A model generated the notes under the pieces. It saw only the letters and a program-made list of their open reading frames with translations, made no database searches and had not been told where the DNA came from. A DNA stretch of 64,000 nucleotides from an uncultured Paraprevotella sp. (GTDB lineage: Bacteria > Bacteroidota > Bacteroidia > Bacteroidales > Bacteroidaceae), in the NCBI GenBank assembly GCA_910586505.1, contig CAJUGV010000001.1:156313-220312 (forward strand), written 5' to 3'. Positions 39,434 to 49,808 of this stretch are shown piece after piece (position 1 is the first letter of the stretch; every line of letters starts with the position of its first letter). Made by a program: the position numbers and the translations under genes.

Positions 39434-40312
39434 ATGGGTAAAACTAAAACATTTTTCAAGGGTATTGAAAGGTTCTTCGTCAGACGCAAACAGCAGTTCA
39501 TCGTACACTATCTGCTCCGCTATGCCGGTGGCAAGGAGCTGATAGAACAGTACACCTGCAATTACCGACAGACGCATGAACCCATCACAAGCACATCGCC
39601 GATATGGACATGCTGGTGGCAGGGAGAAAGCGTCATGCCGGATATTGTGAAAGCCTGCTACAACGCCATGCGAAAATACTCGGACGGCCACCCGGTTATC
39701 CTCATTACGGAAAAAAACTACAAAGACTACGTGGACCTGCCCGAATATATCATAGAGAAGGTGAAGGAGAAGAAAATTACCCTCACACACCTATCGGACA
39801 TCTTACGTGTCATGCTGCTGGCACGGCATGGAGGCATATGGATGGACAGCACACTATTGATACCGGCCAAACCCATCAACTCATTTATCCATCCGGAGAG
39901 AGAGTTTTGGAGTTGCCACCATCATACCCGATACTATAATATCTCACAAGGCGGATGGGTCGGTTTTTTCCAGGCGTGCGGCAAAGGCAACATGCTGCCG
40001 TCGTTCATAGCAGACCTGTTCTTCTCTTACTGGAAAACCCATCATAAACTCGTTGAATACCTGCTGATAGATTACGCCTTTGCCATTGCCCGCAAATATA
40101 TTCCGGCTGTTCATGATATGATTGAAAATGTGCCGTACTCTGAAATGGGTCCTTTGGGTAAATGCCTGAACGACGAGTATTCGGACAAAAAATGGGAAGA
40201 GTTCTGCACGCGGTATGATTTCCATAAACTTACGTATAAAATCCCTCTCCGACTAACCACGGCAGAGGGCAAAAAGACATATTACGGCCATATCCTTGAA
40301 ACATACTTATAA
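39434..40312 (+). CDS. Capsular polysaccharide synthesis protein (Caps_synth / GT32-like)
   Basis: IWTCWWQG, HLSDILR and GGIWMDST motifs. Confidence 0.85.
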   Translation: MGKTKTFFKGIERFFVRRKQQFIVHYLLRYAGGKELIEQYTCNYRQTHEPITSTSPIWTCWWQGESVMPDIVKACYNAMRKYSDGHPVILITEKNYKDYVDLPEYIIEKVKEKKITLTHLSDILRVMLLARHGGIWMDSTLLIPAKPINSFIHPEREFWSCHHHTRYYNISQGGWVGFFQACGKGNMLPSFIADLFFSYWKTHHKLVEYLLIDYAFAIARKYIPAVHDMIENVPYSEMGPLGKCLNDEYSDKKWEEFCTRYDFHKLTYKIPLRLTTAEGKKTYYGHILETYL

Positions 40313-40326
40313 AAACCTAACCGAAT

Positions 40327-41247
40327 ATGAAAGTTAACTGCGTAGTAGTCACATATAACCGTCTACCCCTGCTCAAAGAGTGCCTGGCGGCTTTAGAGCA
40401 ACAAACCTATCCGATTCACCGTATCGTCGTAATAGACAACTGCTCTACGGATGAAACGGAAGAGTTTTTAAAGGCATTTTCCACCCGCCCCCAATACAGA
40501 ATCATCCGTACCGAAAAGAATCTCGGAGGAGCCGGCGGCTTCTCGTTGGGTATAAAAGAGGCTGTAGGGAGTGCGGACTACACATGGATCATGGACGATG
40601 ACACCATACCTGCCCCCTCTGCCTTAGAAGCGCTTATGACAGTGGCTACTACATCCGACCGCATCGGATACGTATGCAGTAAAGTTTTATGGACAGACAA
40701 CAAGCCTCATCCGCGCAACGCTCCGGGAGGTATGGAAAAGGTGAAAAACTGCGAACCTATCAGAAAAGACGGCGTCACTGCACAACGCTGCGAGGTGTGC
40801 ACTTTTGTCTCTGTATTAATAAGCAACAAAGCCATTTACAAAGTCGGCCTGCCGATCAAAGAGTTCTTCATTTGGTTCGACGATATCGAATATTCCTTAA
40901 GAATCACAAGGGCGGGATTTAAAAACTATTATGCGGAACAAAGCATAGTAGTACATAAAACACCGGATATATTTAACCCGACCATAGAACAAGCTCCTCC
41001 AAGCATGGCCAAGCGCTTTTATTACCAAACCCGCAACACCTGTTATTTCAAACATAAGGAACATCCTAACAGATTTATATTCCGCCTGATTGTATGGAAC
41101 AAACTACGTATATTGAAACATAGAATCAGACGCAGAAAAGACGGGCATTATCAGGAGTTTATCGATGCCGTAACCCAAGGATGCCGCGACGGACTGACTT
41201 TCTTTCCGGAAATAGAATATTTACCCGAGCCTTCATCCAATCCGTAA
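40327..41247 (+). CDS. Glycosyltransferase family 2 (GlfT1-like subgroup)
   Basis: VVVTYNR, NLGGAGGF, WIMDDD, VGLP and FFIWFDDIEY motifs. Confidence 0.88.
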   Translation: MKVNCVVVTYNRLPLLKECLAALEQQTYPIHRIVVIDNCSTDETEEFLKAFSTRPQYRIIRTEKNLGGAGGFSLGIKEAVGSADYTWIMDDDTIPAPSALEALMTVATTSDRIGYVCSKVLWTDNKPHPRNAPGGMEKVKNCEPIRKDGVTAQRCEVCTFVSVLISNKAIYKVGLPIKEFFIWFDDIEYSLRITRAGFKNYYAEQSIVVHKTPDIFNPTIEQAPPSMAKRFYYQTRNTCYFKHKEHPNRFIFRLIVWNKLRILKHRIRRRKDGHYQEFIDAVTQGCRDGLTFFPEIEYLPEPSSNP

Positions 41248-41253
41248 ACTTAT

Positions 41254-41496
41254 ATGATACAACAAAAGTAGTAGCAACTCTTCACATTGGTGATTCCGAC
41301 ATACAACACGGGAAACTACATCCCTAAATGCCTGGAATCCGTAAAGGCTCCTGAGACCCTTCCCACAATGGAAGTAAGGACGTTCTTTGCAAAATCATGA
41401 ATGCTTTTCAGAGAAGAAGACTTGGCACCATTCATGTCATTTACAAAATGAACGGACATTGTGGCTCTTGTATCCACACCAGACTACAAAGAGATC
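41254..41496 (+). pseudogene. Decayed GT2 5' fragment
   Basis: MIQQK**QLFTLVIPTYNTGNYIPKCLES..., then after a frameshift IHVIYKMNGHCGSCI; truncated against the convergent gene. Confidence 0.7.
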
Positions 41497-42396
41497 TTAT
41501 AGACGGCCTAGTTTCTCTCTCACTCCATCAAGGTAAGCCTGCCAAAACTTGGAAATGTCGCCCCACCTATAGGCCGGCGAAAAAGGAGCTGTGAATAGAG
41601 CGATAAAAATATAACCGATAACGGTATTGAATCCACGCAAGTAGCGTACAGCCGCGTTCTTACCGTAATGATGATTCAAGTACGCCGAATTACGTATTTG
41701 ATAAAAGCGCTTCCATTTCTTTTTCAAACTACGCTCGCCCCAACTGTCGTCCGAGAAAAACTTCTCTTTGTCCATCAGGGCTTCCGGCACATACAGAATC
41801 TTATAACCGGCGGAAAGTACACGAAGACAATAATCGGTGTCATCGCAAAAAATAAACAAGTCTTTATTAGGAAGCCCCACCCGCTCCACGACGTCTCTAC
41901 GGACAAATAATCCTTCAAAAGCCGTTCCGGCAATCTCGACAGGCGCATCTACCTGCATCTTTGACAATCTGCCGACATACATGGACGAGAACGGACGGGT
42001 CAGATTGAAAGAAAGAAAATCATTGGTATAGATTTGTCCTGCCAACAAACGCCGGGGCGCCAAAACACCGACATCAGGATGCTTCGTATGCTTCAACAAA
42101 TGCTCTAAGCAATCGGGACGCGGAAACACGTCGTCATCCATACACCATATCCAATCGGGCTTTAAGCGAAGCGCATTCTCCATACCAGTATAAAAGCCAC
42201 CGGCTCCTCCCACATTAGACTGGTGGATGACTTTTATACCGTACTGAACGTCCAACCATTGCTGCGTACCGTCCGTACTGCCATTATTTACCACTATGAT
42301 TTCCGAGGGCGCTACGCTTTGTCCTTTCAGACAAGCTACATTACGCTTCAACAAATCCAGACGATTATATGTAACTACGACCGCTACGACATCCAT
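41497..42396 (-). CDS. Glycosyltransferase family 2 (GlfT1-like subgroup)
   Basis: VVVTYNR, NVGGAGGF, WCMDDD, VGLP and IFCDDTDY motifs. Confidence 0.88.
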   Translation of the reverse strand: MDVVAVVVTYNRLDLLKRNVACLKGQSVAPSEIIVVNNGSTDGTQQWLDVQYGIKVIHQSNVGGAGGFYTGMENALRLKPDWIWCMDDDVFPRPDCLEHLLKHTKHPDVGVLAPRRLLAGQIYTNDFLSFNLTRPFSSMYVGRLSKMQVDAPVEIAGTAFEGLFVRRDVVERVGLPNKDLFIFCDDTDYCLRVLSAGYKILYVPEALMDKEKFFSDDSWGERSLKKKWKRFYQIRNSAYLNHHYGKNAAVRYLRGFNTVIGYIFIALFTAPFSPAYRWGDISKFWQAYLDGVREKLGRL

Positions 42397-42412
42397 GATA
42401 TTACTCCTTTAA

Positions 42413-43177
42413 TTAATACAAATCGTCTATCTTTCCGGGTTGGACACTCCGGAAGGCTTGCATCATCCGGAAGCACTCTCCTTCATCAAATCCCCGGGCT
42501 GCCGCATACTCTTCGGCCAAGAGCTTGTGCATGTGCGGGGTGGCAGGAAGACGCTCGAGATTCTTGCATCCACGCTTCATATCTATAGGACCGATGTACA
42601 TCCTATTCAAATCCACGATCTCTATCTTGATGCCTTCTTCCGTTTTCTGAAACAGAATATTGCCCCGTCCGTAATCTTTGTGTGCATATCCATGCTCGTG
42701 CAAAACGGCTGTGACCCGGCCTATCTCACGAACGACTTCATCTGCGTAATCAAAATGCTGATAGAACAAGTCGTTATATACATAAGGACAAGTAGACGCT
42801 AAGGTTACATAATAACTCCTATCGAAGAGCAGCCCCCTCCGAACGTTCAGGTATCCTACCGGTGCAGGCGTACCCACCCCTATTTCCTGATACAGGATAG
42901 CATGGTCATAAGAACGCTTGGCCTTGGAAGGACGAAATATGCCATAGACGAAACGATTGATAAGATTAGGACGATGAAAGGACTTCACCACTAAGTCATA
43001 GCCTTTATACTCCATTCTTCTAAGTTCATTACGCCCTTTATAAACCAGCGTACCTTCACCGGCTGCGAAACGCTCCGGAACGGTTTCCACAAAGTCTCTC
43101 ACAGCATGGTATTCCGGTCTAAGAATCAACGTACGGGAAGCAAATAACTTATTTAGAATTCGTCTCACTGCTTTCAT
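42413..43177 (-). CDS. Lipopolysaccharide kinase, Kdo/WaaP/InaA family
   Basis: VVKSF, SKAKRSY, LHEHGYAHKDYGRGNIL and IVDLNR motifs. Confidence 0.82.
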   Translation of the reverse strand: MKAVRRILNKLFASRTLILRPEYHAVRDFVETVPERFAAGEGTLVYKGRNELRRMEYKGYDLVVKSFHRPNLINRFVYGIFRPSKAKRSYDHAILYQEIGVGTPAPVGYLNVRRGLLFDRSYYVTLASTCPYVYNDLFYQHFDYADEVVREIGRVTAVLHEHGYAHKDYGRGNILFQKTEEGIKIEIVDLNRMYIGPIDMKRGCKNLERLPATPHMHKLLAEEYAAARGFDEGECFRMMQAFRSVQPGKIDDLY

Positions 43178-43182
43178 TTATC

Positions 43183-43899
43183 TCAGATTTTATCCAACCC
43201 CTTGGTATATTTCAGCCAATAATACTTCAACGGATTCTTATACTTCAGTTGCTTCCACGGACGGCTTCCGTGCGGACGATGCAAAACCGGGAAGATGGTA
43301 AACAGATAGTTTCGGAATCCTCTTTTCAGTGCCTCATGCGAAATGGTCACGTCGTACCAATTCCTTGTCGGATCTAATTGCGTAAAATCATACTGAGAAA
43401 GGAATTGCGGCGTAAGCAACGAACAACAGAAACTGCAATGCTTCTTCTCTGGAAATATCTGATTTTCGCGCCCCCTGGCATGGAGATAAGGATAGTTGAT
43501 TACTCCCGCCTCATCGGTGGTGACAGCTGCTGCAATAGCGCAATCCGGACGCAACTTAGCCTCCTCATACAAACCTTGCAGGGTATTCTTTTTCACCACC
43601 ACATCGGATTCCACTATGAGTAATCCGGCACCGGCAGCCAATGCCTCACGCTGCGCTGTCTGCAGAACCAACAGATAATTAGGCGAAGGATGATCTGTCA
43701 TATCCGACAAATTCACCAATCTGAACCCTAATTCCCGGGAAGCCTGTTCCAGACGCGCCGTATTCTCCGGTGTACTGAAATCATTGTAAACCGTATAGAT
43801 ATTAGGGACTTTTATCTCGGAAGATAAAACCGCCTTTACCGTTTCCAAAGTAAAATCTATAGAATCTTTTACCGGTGTGATGATATGCAATCTTTCCAT
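43183..43899 (-). CDS. GT-A fold (GT2-like) glycosyltransferase
   Basis: IITPVKD, YNDFST and IVESDV motifs. Confidence 0.72.
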   Translation of the reverse strand: MERLHIITPVKDSIDFTLETVKAVLSSEIKVPNIYTVYNDFSTPENTARLEQASRELGFRLVNLSDMTDHPSPNYLLVLQTAQREALAAGAGLLIVESDVVVKKNTLQGLYEEAKLRPDCAIAAAVTTDEAGVINYPYLHARGRENQIFPEKKHCSFCCSLLTPQFLSQYDFTQLDPTRNWYDVTISHEALKRGFRNYLFTIFPVLHRPHGSRPWKQLKYKNPLKYYWLKYTKGLDKI

Positions 43900-43913
43900 A
43901 TTAGTATCTCGTT

Positions 43914-45020
43914 CTACCGAAGTTGTTGTTCCGCCAGCTCCAATGCGGCCGCTACGGTATCATCCATATCCGCATAGGTATATTGTGCAAGGCGTCCGCC
44001 GAACAACACATTGCTCCGTTGTGCGGCAAGTTTGCTATAATCATTAAAAATAGTTGCATTGCGAGAATCATTTACCGGATAATAAGGCTCTTTTCCAATC
44101 GCAAACGAATCGGGATACTCATAAGTCACCACGGTATTAGGCTGCGTACCATACTCAAAATGTTTATGCTCAATCACTCTGGTATAAGGCACATCACCTG
44201 ACGTATAGTTCACCACAGCATTCCCTTGGAAATCATCTATCTCTAAGGTCTTATGCTCGAAACGCAAACTTCGGTACTCCAAATAGCCGCACCGAAAATC
44301 AAAGAACTCATCTATACATCCGGTAAACAATATCTTATCGGCAATAGCATCCCATCGCTCCCGCTCTTCAAAATAGTTTGTGTTCAAACGGACTTCTATG
44401 CCATCCAGCAACGCATTGATCAATACGTTATACCCTCCCTCAGGAATCCCTTGGTAGGCATCGTTAAAATAATTATTGTCAAAAGTAAACCGGAACGGCA
44501 CACGGTTAATGATGAAAGCCGGGAGATCGGTAGCTTTTCTTCCCCATTGTTTCTCCGTATATCCTTTTATCAAACGTGTATATATGTCCTCGCCACACAA
44601 TTTAAGTGCTTGTTCTTCCAAATTGGCAGGCTCAGTTATATTGTCATAAGCCCGTCGCTGCTCAGCAATCTTGGCTTTTGCCTCAAGCGGCGTTCTTACT
44701 CCCCACAACTGGTAGAATGTATTCATATTGAAAGGAAGGTTATACAACTTTCCGTCATAATATGCCAACGGGGAATTTGTATAACGATTGAACTCTGCCA
44801 AACGGGTTACGTACTCCCAAACTTTTTTATTGTCCGTATGAAAAATGTGAGCACCATACTTATGCACTCGTATACCCTCTACGTCTTCGCAATATATATT
44901 ACCGCCGGTATGAGCACGCTTATCGATTACCAAACAACGCTTGCCCGCCAATTTTGCTTCATATGCAAACACAGCTCCAAATAAACCGGAACCCACTATT
45001 AAATAGTCATACTTTTCCAT
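43914..45020 (-). CDS. glf: UDP-galactopyranose mutase
   Basis: IVGSGLFG, GGN, HKYGAHIFHT, YTEKQWG, EPYYP, GRLA.Y.Y.DMD motifs; ATG 45020 (alternative GTG 45029). Confidence 0.95.
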   Translation of the reverse strand: MEKYDYLIVGSGLFGAVFAYEAKLAGKRCLVIDKRAHTGGNIYCEDVEGIRVHKYGAHIFHTDNKKVWEYVTRLAEFNRYTNSPLAYYDGKLYNLPFNMNTFYQLWGVRTPLEAKAKIAEQRRAYDNITEPANLEEQALKLCGEDIYTRLIKGYTEKQWGRKATDLPAFIINRVPFRFTFDNNYFNDAYQGIPEGGYNVLINALLDGIEVRLNTNYFEERERWDAIADKILFTGCIDEFFDFRCGYLEYRSLRFEHKTLEIDDFQGNAVVNYTSGDVPYTRVIEHKHFEYGTQPNTVVTYEYPDSFAIGKEPYYPVNDSRNATIFNDYSKLAAQRSNVLFGGRLAQYTYADMDDTVAAALELAEQQLR

Positions 45021-45031
45021 ACGTAACACTT

Positions 45032-45964
45032 TTATAACCCTTTCTGCTGACGTTTAAGCCACTCTTCTTTGGTACGTTTCCACCTTTTATGTGTCCACAG
45101 CCAATATTGCGGAGCTTCCTGGATCATCCGTTCCAATTGTTTCATAAAGATGAATGTCATATCATATTCTGTAAGACTCACCTCCGAAGTCTCCAATTTC
45201 CTGAGAACACACTCGTAATAACCTCTGCGAGGACGTGTAAACTCAGCAAAAAAATAAACCGCACCAACCTGACGACCTATCTGTTCAGCACCCGTAAAGA
45301 CAGCTGTCTCACGATGAAGAAACGGAACAAAGAAATGCATACTATTCCATTTAGGCAATTGATCGGAAATAAAACCAAGAATCGTAGGACGCTTTTCTTT
45401 CTTTAACTCAATCACACGCCTAAGCGTTTGCTTCATAGGTATACACTCTCCGCCAAACTGATTCCTCAATTTCAAGAAAAAACGATCTACAGCTTTATTA
45501 TATAAAGGATGATAAATTTGTGCACAGTGAATAGAAGGAGAAATCGTGTATGGCAACGATGCGGCCCATTCCCAATTGCAATAATGTCCTAGATACAAAA
45601 AGACAAAATTATGTCCCTCCTCACTAACGGCCCGTTCTAACAAATCAACCCCATGAAATATCATCCTTTTTTTCATTTCCTTTTTTGAAATAGAGATCAA
45701 TTTCAACGTCTCCACAAAATAATCGCAGAAGAAATGGTAAAACTTCTTTTCTATTCCGATAATTTCTGCTAGAGATTTTTCCGGGAATGATTTCAACAGA
45801 TTATCTCTTACCACATCACGCCTATACTTGGCGATATAATAGACCACCCAATAAATACTGTCTGACAAAAGATATAAAATGCAAAAGGGAAGCAAAGATA
45901 GCAAATAGCCCAAGCCAAATACCATATAATACACCAAGCTATCTCGTTTATCTTGTTTCTCCAT
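45032..45964 (-). CDS. Lipid A secondary acyltransferase family (LpxL/HtrB-like)
   Basis: GHYCNWE (HxxxxE), ISDQ and PQYWLWTHKRWK motifs; promoter TAGCTTTG at 46024-46031 (minus). Confidence 0.85.
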   Translation of the reverse strand: MEKQDKRDSLVYYMVFGLGYLLSLLPFCILYLLSDSIYWVVYYIAKYRRDVVRDNLLKSFPEKSLAEIIGIEKKFYHFFCDYFVETLKLISISKKEMKKRMIFHGVDLLERAVSEEGHNFVFLYLGHYCNWEWAASLPYTISPSIHCAQIYHPLYNKAVDRFFLKLRNQFGGECIPMKQTLRRVIELKKEKRPTILGFISDQLPKWNSMHFFVPFLHRETAVFTGAEQIGRQVGAVYFFAEFTRPRRGYYECVLRKLETSEVSLTEYDMTFIFMKQLERMIQEAPQYWLWTHKRWKRTKEEWLKRQQKGL

Positions 45965-46088
45965 ACAAATTCCGCAAAAACTTTAACGGCATAATAAAGA
46001 CGCCTATTTTTAATAGAATATTGCAAAGCTAAACAAACTTTTTTGAATCGGCAATAATTCTATAATAAAAACTCATTAACTTTGCAAC

Positions 46089-47135
46089 ATGAAAATCGTT
46101 GTTGATGACAAAGTTCCTTTCATTCGGGAAACTATTACCCAAATCTCAGACAATGTCGTTTACAAATCGGGCATAACCATTACTCCCGATGACATACGCG
46201 ATGCTGATGCACTAATAATTAGAACTCGCACCCGCTGCAATGAAGAATTATTAAAAGGAAGCAAAGTTTCTTTTATTGCTACCGCTACTATTGGATACGA
46301 CCATCTAGACATCGAATACCTCAAAAAGGCACATATAAACTGGACCAACTGTCCCGGCTGCAATGCCAACTCCGTAGGACAGTATATCCGCTCTTGTCTT
46401 TTGTTATTAGAAAGAGAAAAAGGATTTGATTTATCTAAAACCACTATTGGACTTGTAGGAGTAGGGCATGTAGGACAGGCTGTCCTCAACGCCATAAAGC
46501 ACTTGGGTGTAAAAGTTCTGCTTAACGATCCTCCGTTAAAGGCTGTTTTGCAAAAAACAGGAATGCCACATGAGCATTTTCTGGAACTAAAAGAATTACA
46601 AGATCAATGTGATATTATATCCTTCCATACCCCACTTATAATGGAAGGACTGTACCCAACATTTCATTTAGCAGACCAACAATTCTTTCATTCTCTAAAG
46701 AGACATCCTATTATCATCAATACAAGCCGTGGAGCCGTGATCAACAATCATGATTTATTACAAGCCATAAATGAAGGGAAAGTACAAGATGCCATCATAG
46801 ACACATGGGAAAACGAACCGGACATCAATAAAGAGCTTCTTCATCTTATATATATAGGAACACCACATATTGCTGGTTACTCCGCAGATGGGAAGGCAAA
46901 TGCCACACGTATGGCCCTTACTGCATTATGCAATCATTTTCACATTCCTGCCTCCTTTGAGATTCATGTACCGCAACTCTCCCAAGCCGACTGCCCAGTA
47001 CAGAATCTTCCTGAAAAAGAATTAGCTTTGGCATTGTACAACCCACATACCGACAGTATGAAACTCAAAGCCCACCCAGAAATGTTTGAAGAACTGAGGG
47101 GAAACTACCCATTAAGAAGAGAATTCATAGAATAA
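46089..47135 (+). CDS. pdxB: 4-phosphoerythronate dehydrogenase
   Basis: TATIGYDH, PGCNA, GVGHVG, FHTPL, WENEP, TPHIAGYS and YPLRRE motifs. Confidence 0.92.
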   Translation: MKIVVDDKVPFIRETITQISDNVVYKSGITITPDDIRDADALIIRTRTRCNEELLKGSKVSFIATATIGYDHLDIEYLKKAHINWTNCPGCNANSVGQYIRSCLLLLEREKGFDLSKTTIGLVGVGHVGQAVLNAIKHLGVKVLLNDPPLKAVLQKTGMPHEHFLELKELQDQCDIISFHTPLIMEGLYPTFHLADQQFFHSLKRHPIIINTSRGAVINNHDLLQAINEGKVQDAIIDTWENEPDINKELLHLIYIGTPHIAGYSADGKANATRMALTALCNHFHIPASFEIHVPQLSQADCPVQNLPEKELALALYNPHTDSMKLKAHPEMFEELRGNYPLRREFIE

Positions 47136-47290
47136 GAATTAGAAAAAATCGCAATTAGTGCACAAAGGTATGCGTTTTGTGCAAAATTCAGCATTTTATT
47201 TACTTAATTCCTTGCATAAGTGGGAAAAAAGAAGTTCCTTTGCACTTGAATTTACAGAATTACATTAATAATAATCAAAAAATTACAATT

Positions 47291-47527
47291 ATGTCTGAAA
47301 TTGAATCAAAAGTAAAAGCTATCATCGTAGATAAGTTGGGCGTTGACGAAGCCGAAGTAGTAGCAGCAGCAAGCTTCACTAACGATTTGGGAGCTGATTC
47401 ATTGGATACAGTAGAACTGATCATGGAATTCGAAAAGGAATTCGGCATCAACATCCCAGATGATCAAGCTGAAAAAATCACTACTGTTGGTGACGCCATT
47501 AGCTACATCGAAGCTAACGCAAAATAA
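47291..47527 (+). CDS. acpP: Acyl carrier protein
   Basis: [14 protein letters not shown]; start trimmed to ATG 47291. Confidence 0.96.
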   Translation: MSEIESKVKAIIVDKLGVDEAEVVAAASFTNDLGADSLDTVELIMEFEKEFGINIPDDQAEKITTVGDAISYIEANAK

Positions 47528-47548
47528 TATTCTCCCTAAACAAAGATA

Positions 47549-48814
47549 ATGGAATTAAAAAGAGTTGTGGTAACAGGTATGGGTGCCATTACTCCGCTAG
47601 GAAAAACTGTCGAAGAAACATGGCAGAATATGATTAACGGGGTGAGCGGTGCCGGACCTATTACACATTTCGATGCTTCACTGTTTAAAACCCAGTTTGC
47701 ATGCGAGGTAAAGGACTTCAATGTAGGAGACTACATTGACCGTAAAGAAGCACGCAGAATGGATTTGTATACCCAATACGCTCTTGCTGCCGCCAAAATG
47801 GCAGTGGAGGATTCGGGTATGAATCTGGAAACAGTAAACAAGAATCGCATTGGCGTAGTTATCGGAGTAGGAATCGGTGGCATCCATACTTTTGAAGAAG
47901 AAGCCGGTGCATACGCACTCACAGGAAAGGAATTGGGTCCCAAATACAACCCTTTCTTCATTCCTAAAATGATTGCAGACATTGCAAGCGGCCACATTTC
48001 TATTATGTATGGTTTCCACGGACCCAACTACACAACAACCTCTGCCTGTGCATCCTCAACCAATGCTCTGGCAGACGCTTTCAATCTTATCCGTTTAGGT
48101 AAAGCGGACATGATTGTCAGCGGCGGTGCAGAAGCAGCCATATGGCCTGCCGGTGTCGGTGGGTTCAATGCAATGAAAGCCCTCTCTACACGTAATGACG
48201 ATCCCACACGCGCCTCACGCCCATTCAGCGCAAGCCGCGACGGTTTCATTATGGGTGAAGGTGCAGGATGCCTGATTCTTGAAGAATTGGAACATGCCAA
48301 AGCACGTGGAGCAAAGATTTATGCAGAAATGGCAGGAGCCGGCATGTCGGCAGATGCCCACCACATCACAGCTTCCCACCCGGAAGGTCTGGGAGCCAAA
48401 CTGGTCATGGAAAGCGCTCTTGAAGATGCTGAGATGAAGCCCGAAGACATTGATTATATCAACGTACATGGCACATCCACTCATGTAGGAGACATTTCGG
48501 AGGCTAAAGCTATCAAGGATGTATTCGGTGCACATGCCTATGAACTGAATATCAGTTCTACTAAATCTATGACAGGCCATTTGCTTGGAGCAGCCGGAGC
48601 CGTAGAGGCAATGGCCAGCGTAATGGCTGTCAAGGAAGACATCGTACCTCCCACTATCAACCACGAGGAAGACGACAAGGATGAAGAGATCGATTATAAT
48701 CTGAACTTCACCTTCAATACCGCACAAAAACGTACTGTACGTGCTGCATTAAGCAATACATTCGGTTTCGGCGGTCACAATGCATGTGTGATTTTTAAGA
48801 AATATTCTGAATAA
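47549..48814 (+). CDS. fabF: 3-oxoacyl-ACP synthase II
   Basis: RVVVTGMG, SACASS, HGTST, KSMTGHLLG and SNTFGFGG motifs. Confidence 0.96.
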   Translation: MELKRVVVTGMGAITPLGKTVEETWQNMINGVSGAGPITHFDASLFKTQFACEVKDFNVGDYIDRKEARRMDLYTQYALAAAKMAVEDSGMNLETVNKNRIGVVIGVGIGGIHTFEEEAGAYALTGKELGPKYNPFFIPKMIADIASGHISIMYGFHGPNYTTTSACASSTNALADAFNLIRLGKADMIVSGGAEAAIWPAGVGGFNAMKALSTRNDDPTRASRPFSASRDGFIMGEGAGCLILEELEHAKARGAKIYAEMAGAGMSADAHHITASHPEGLGAKLVMESALEDAEMKPEDIDYINVHGTSTHVGDISEAKAIKDVFGAHAYELNISSTKSMTGHLLGAAGAVEAMASVMAVKEDIVPPTINHEEDDKDEEIDYNLNFTFNTAQKRTVRAALSNTFGFGGHNACVIFKKYSE

Positions 48815-48817
48815 ATT

Positions 48818-49711
48818 GTGCATCCTGAAGATATCATAGAAAGAATAAAGCTCCCATTCAGAAAGAACAAGGAGCTTTATTCTTCTTTTTATAAAATATT
48901 GGGATTCTACCCTCGCCATATCCAATACTACGAACAAGCCCTGCATCATAAATCATCATCAATAAAAAAAGAAGGATGTTGGGTCAATAACGAACGCCTG
49001 GAGTTCTTAGGTGACGCCATTCTCGACGCAGTCGTAGGAGATATTGTATTCCGACATTTCACAGGAAAACGCGAAGGTTTCCTTACCAATACCCGAAGCA
49101 AAATCGTGCAACGGGAAACACTGAATAAGTTAGCCGTAGAAATAGGACTGGATAAACTCATCATCGCTTCCACGCACTCTTCCACACACAACAGCTATAT
49201 GTGCGGAAATGCTTTCGAAGCCATGGTCGGCGCCATTTATCTTGATCGCGGATATTCCTACTGCATGCGCTTTATCGGAAAACGCATCATGACCCAGTTA
49301 ATCAACATAGACAAACTTGCCTATAAAGAAGTAAACTTCAAAAGTAAGTTAATTGAATGGGGACAGAAAAAACGAGTTGAAATAGCTTTTGATCTGGTAG
49401 AGCAAACGCGTGAAGGAAACAGCACTCCGGTATTTACCACACAAATCACTATCGAGGGAGTGACATGCAGCAAAGGCACCGGCTACTCCAAAAAAGAAAG
49501 CCAGCAACTCGCAGCAAGGGAAACCTTGGCCTTATTAAAGAAATCTCCCAAACTTTATGAAAAGATCCGCTCTAACAAAAGAGCTAAGGAAACTTTATCC
49601 GAGACCGGTCTGCAATACAGCGAACAAGAAACATTTACCGTAAATATGACTCCCAAGCTTCAGGTTGCCACAACTGAATCCCGCGAGTATGGAATGATTG
49701 GACAAAGATAG
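48818..49711 (+). CDS. rnc: Ribonuclease III
   Basis: NERLEFLGDAIL, FEAMVGAIYLD and dsRBD GTGYSKKESQQ; start uncertain (GTG). Confidence 0.93.
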   Translation: MHPEDIIERIKLPFRKNKELYSSFYKILGFYPRHIQYYEQALHHKSSSIKKEGCWVNNERLEFLGDAILDAVVGDIVFRHFTGKREGFLTNTRSKIVQRETLNKLAVEIGLDKLIIASTHSSTHNSYMCGNAFEAMVGAIYLDRGYSYCMRFIGKRIMTQLINIDKLAYKEVNFKSKLIEWGQKKRVEIAFDLVEQTREGNSTPVFTTQITIEGVTCSKGTGYSKKESQQLAARETLALLKKSPKLYEKIRSNKRAKETLSETGLQYSEQETFTVNMTPKLQVATTESREYGMIGQR

Positions 49712-49808
49712 AGATACATTGTCCATTAAAATCTGTATAAAGTTCGATATTCTGATAACTTTAAAGTACTTTTGCAACAGAATAGAAATATTTCTGCAGA
49801 AATACAAC

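Noticed and set aside
49550..49711. C-terminal extension of RNase III as an extra domain
   Set aside because: Looks disordered and motif-free; variable tails are not informative by eye.
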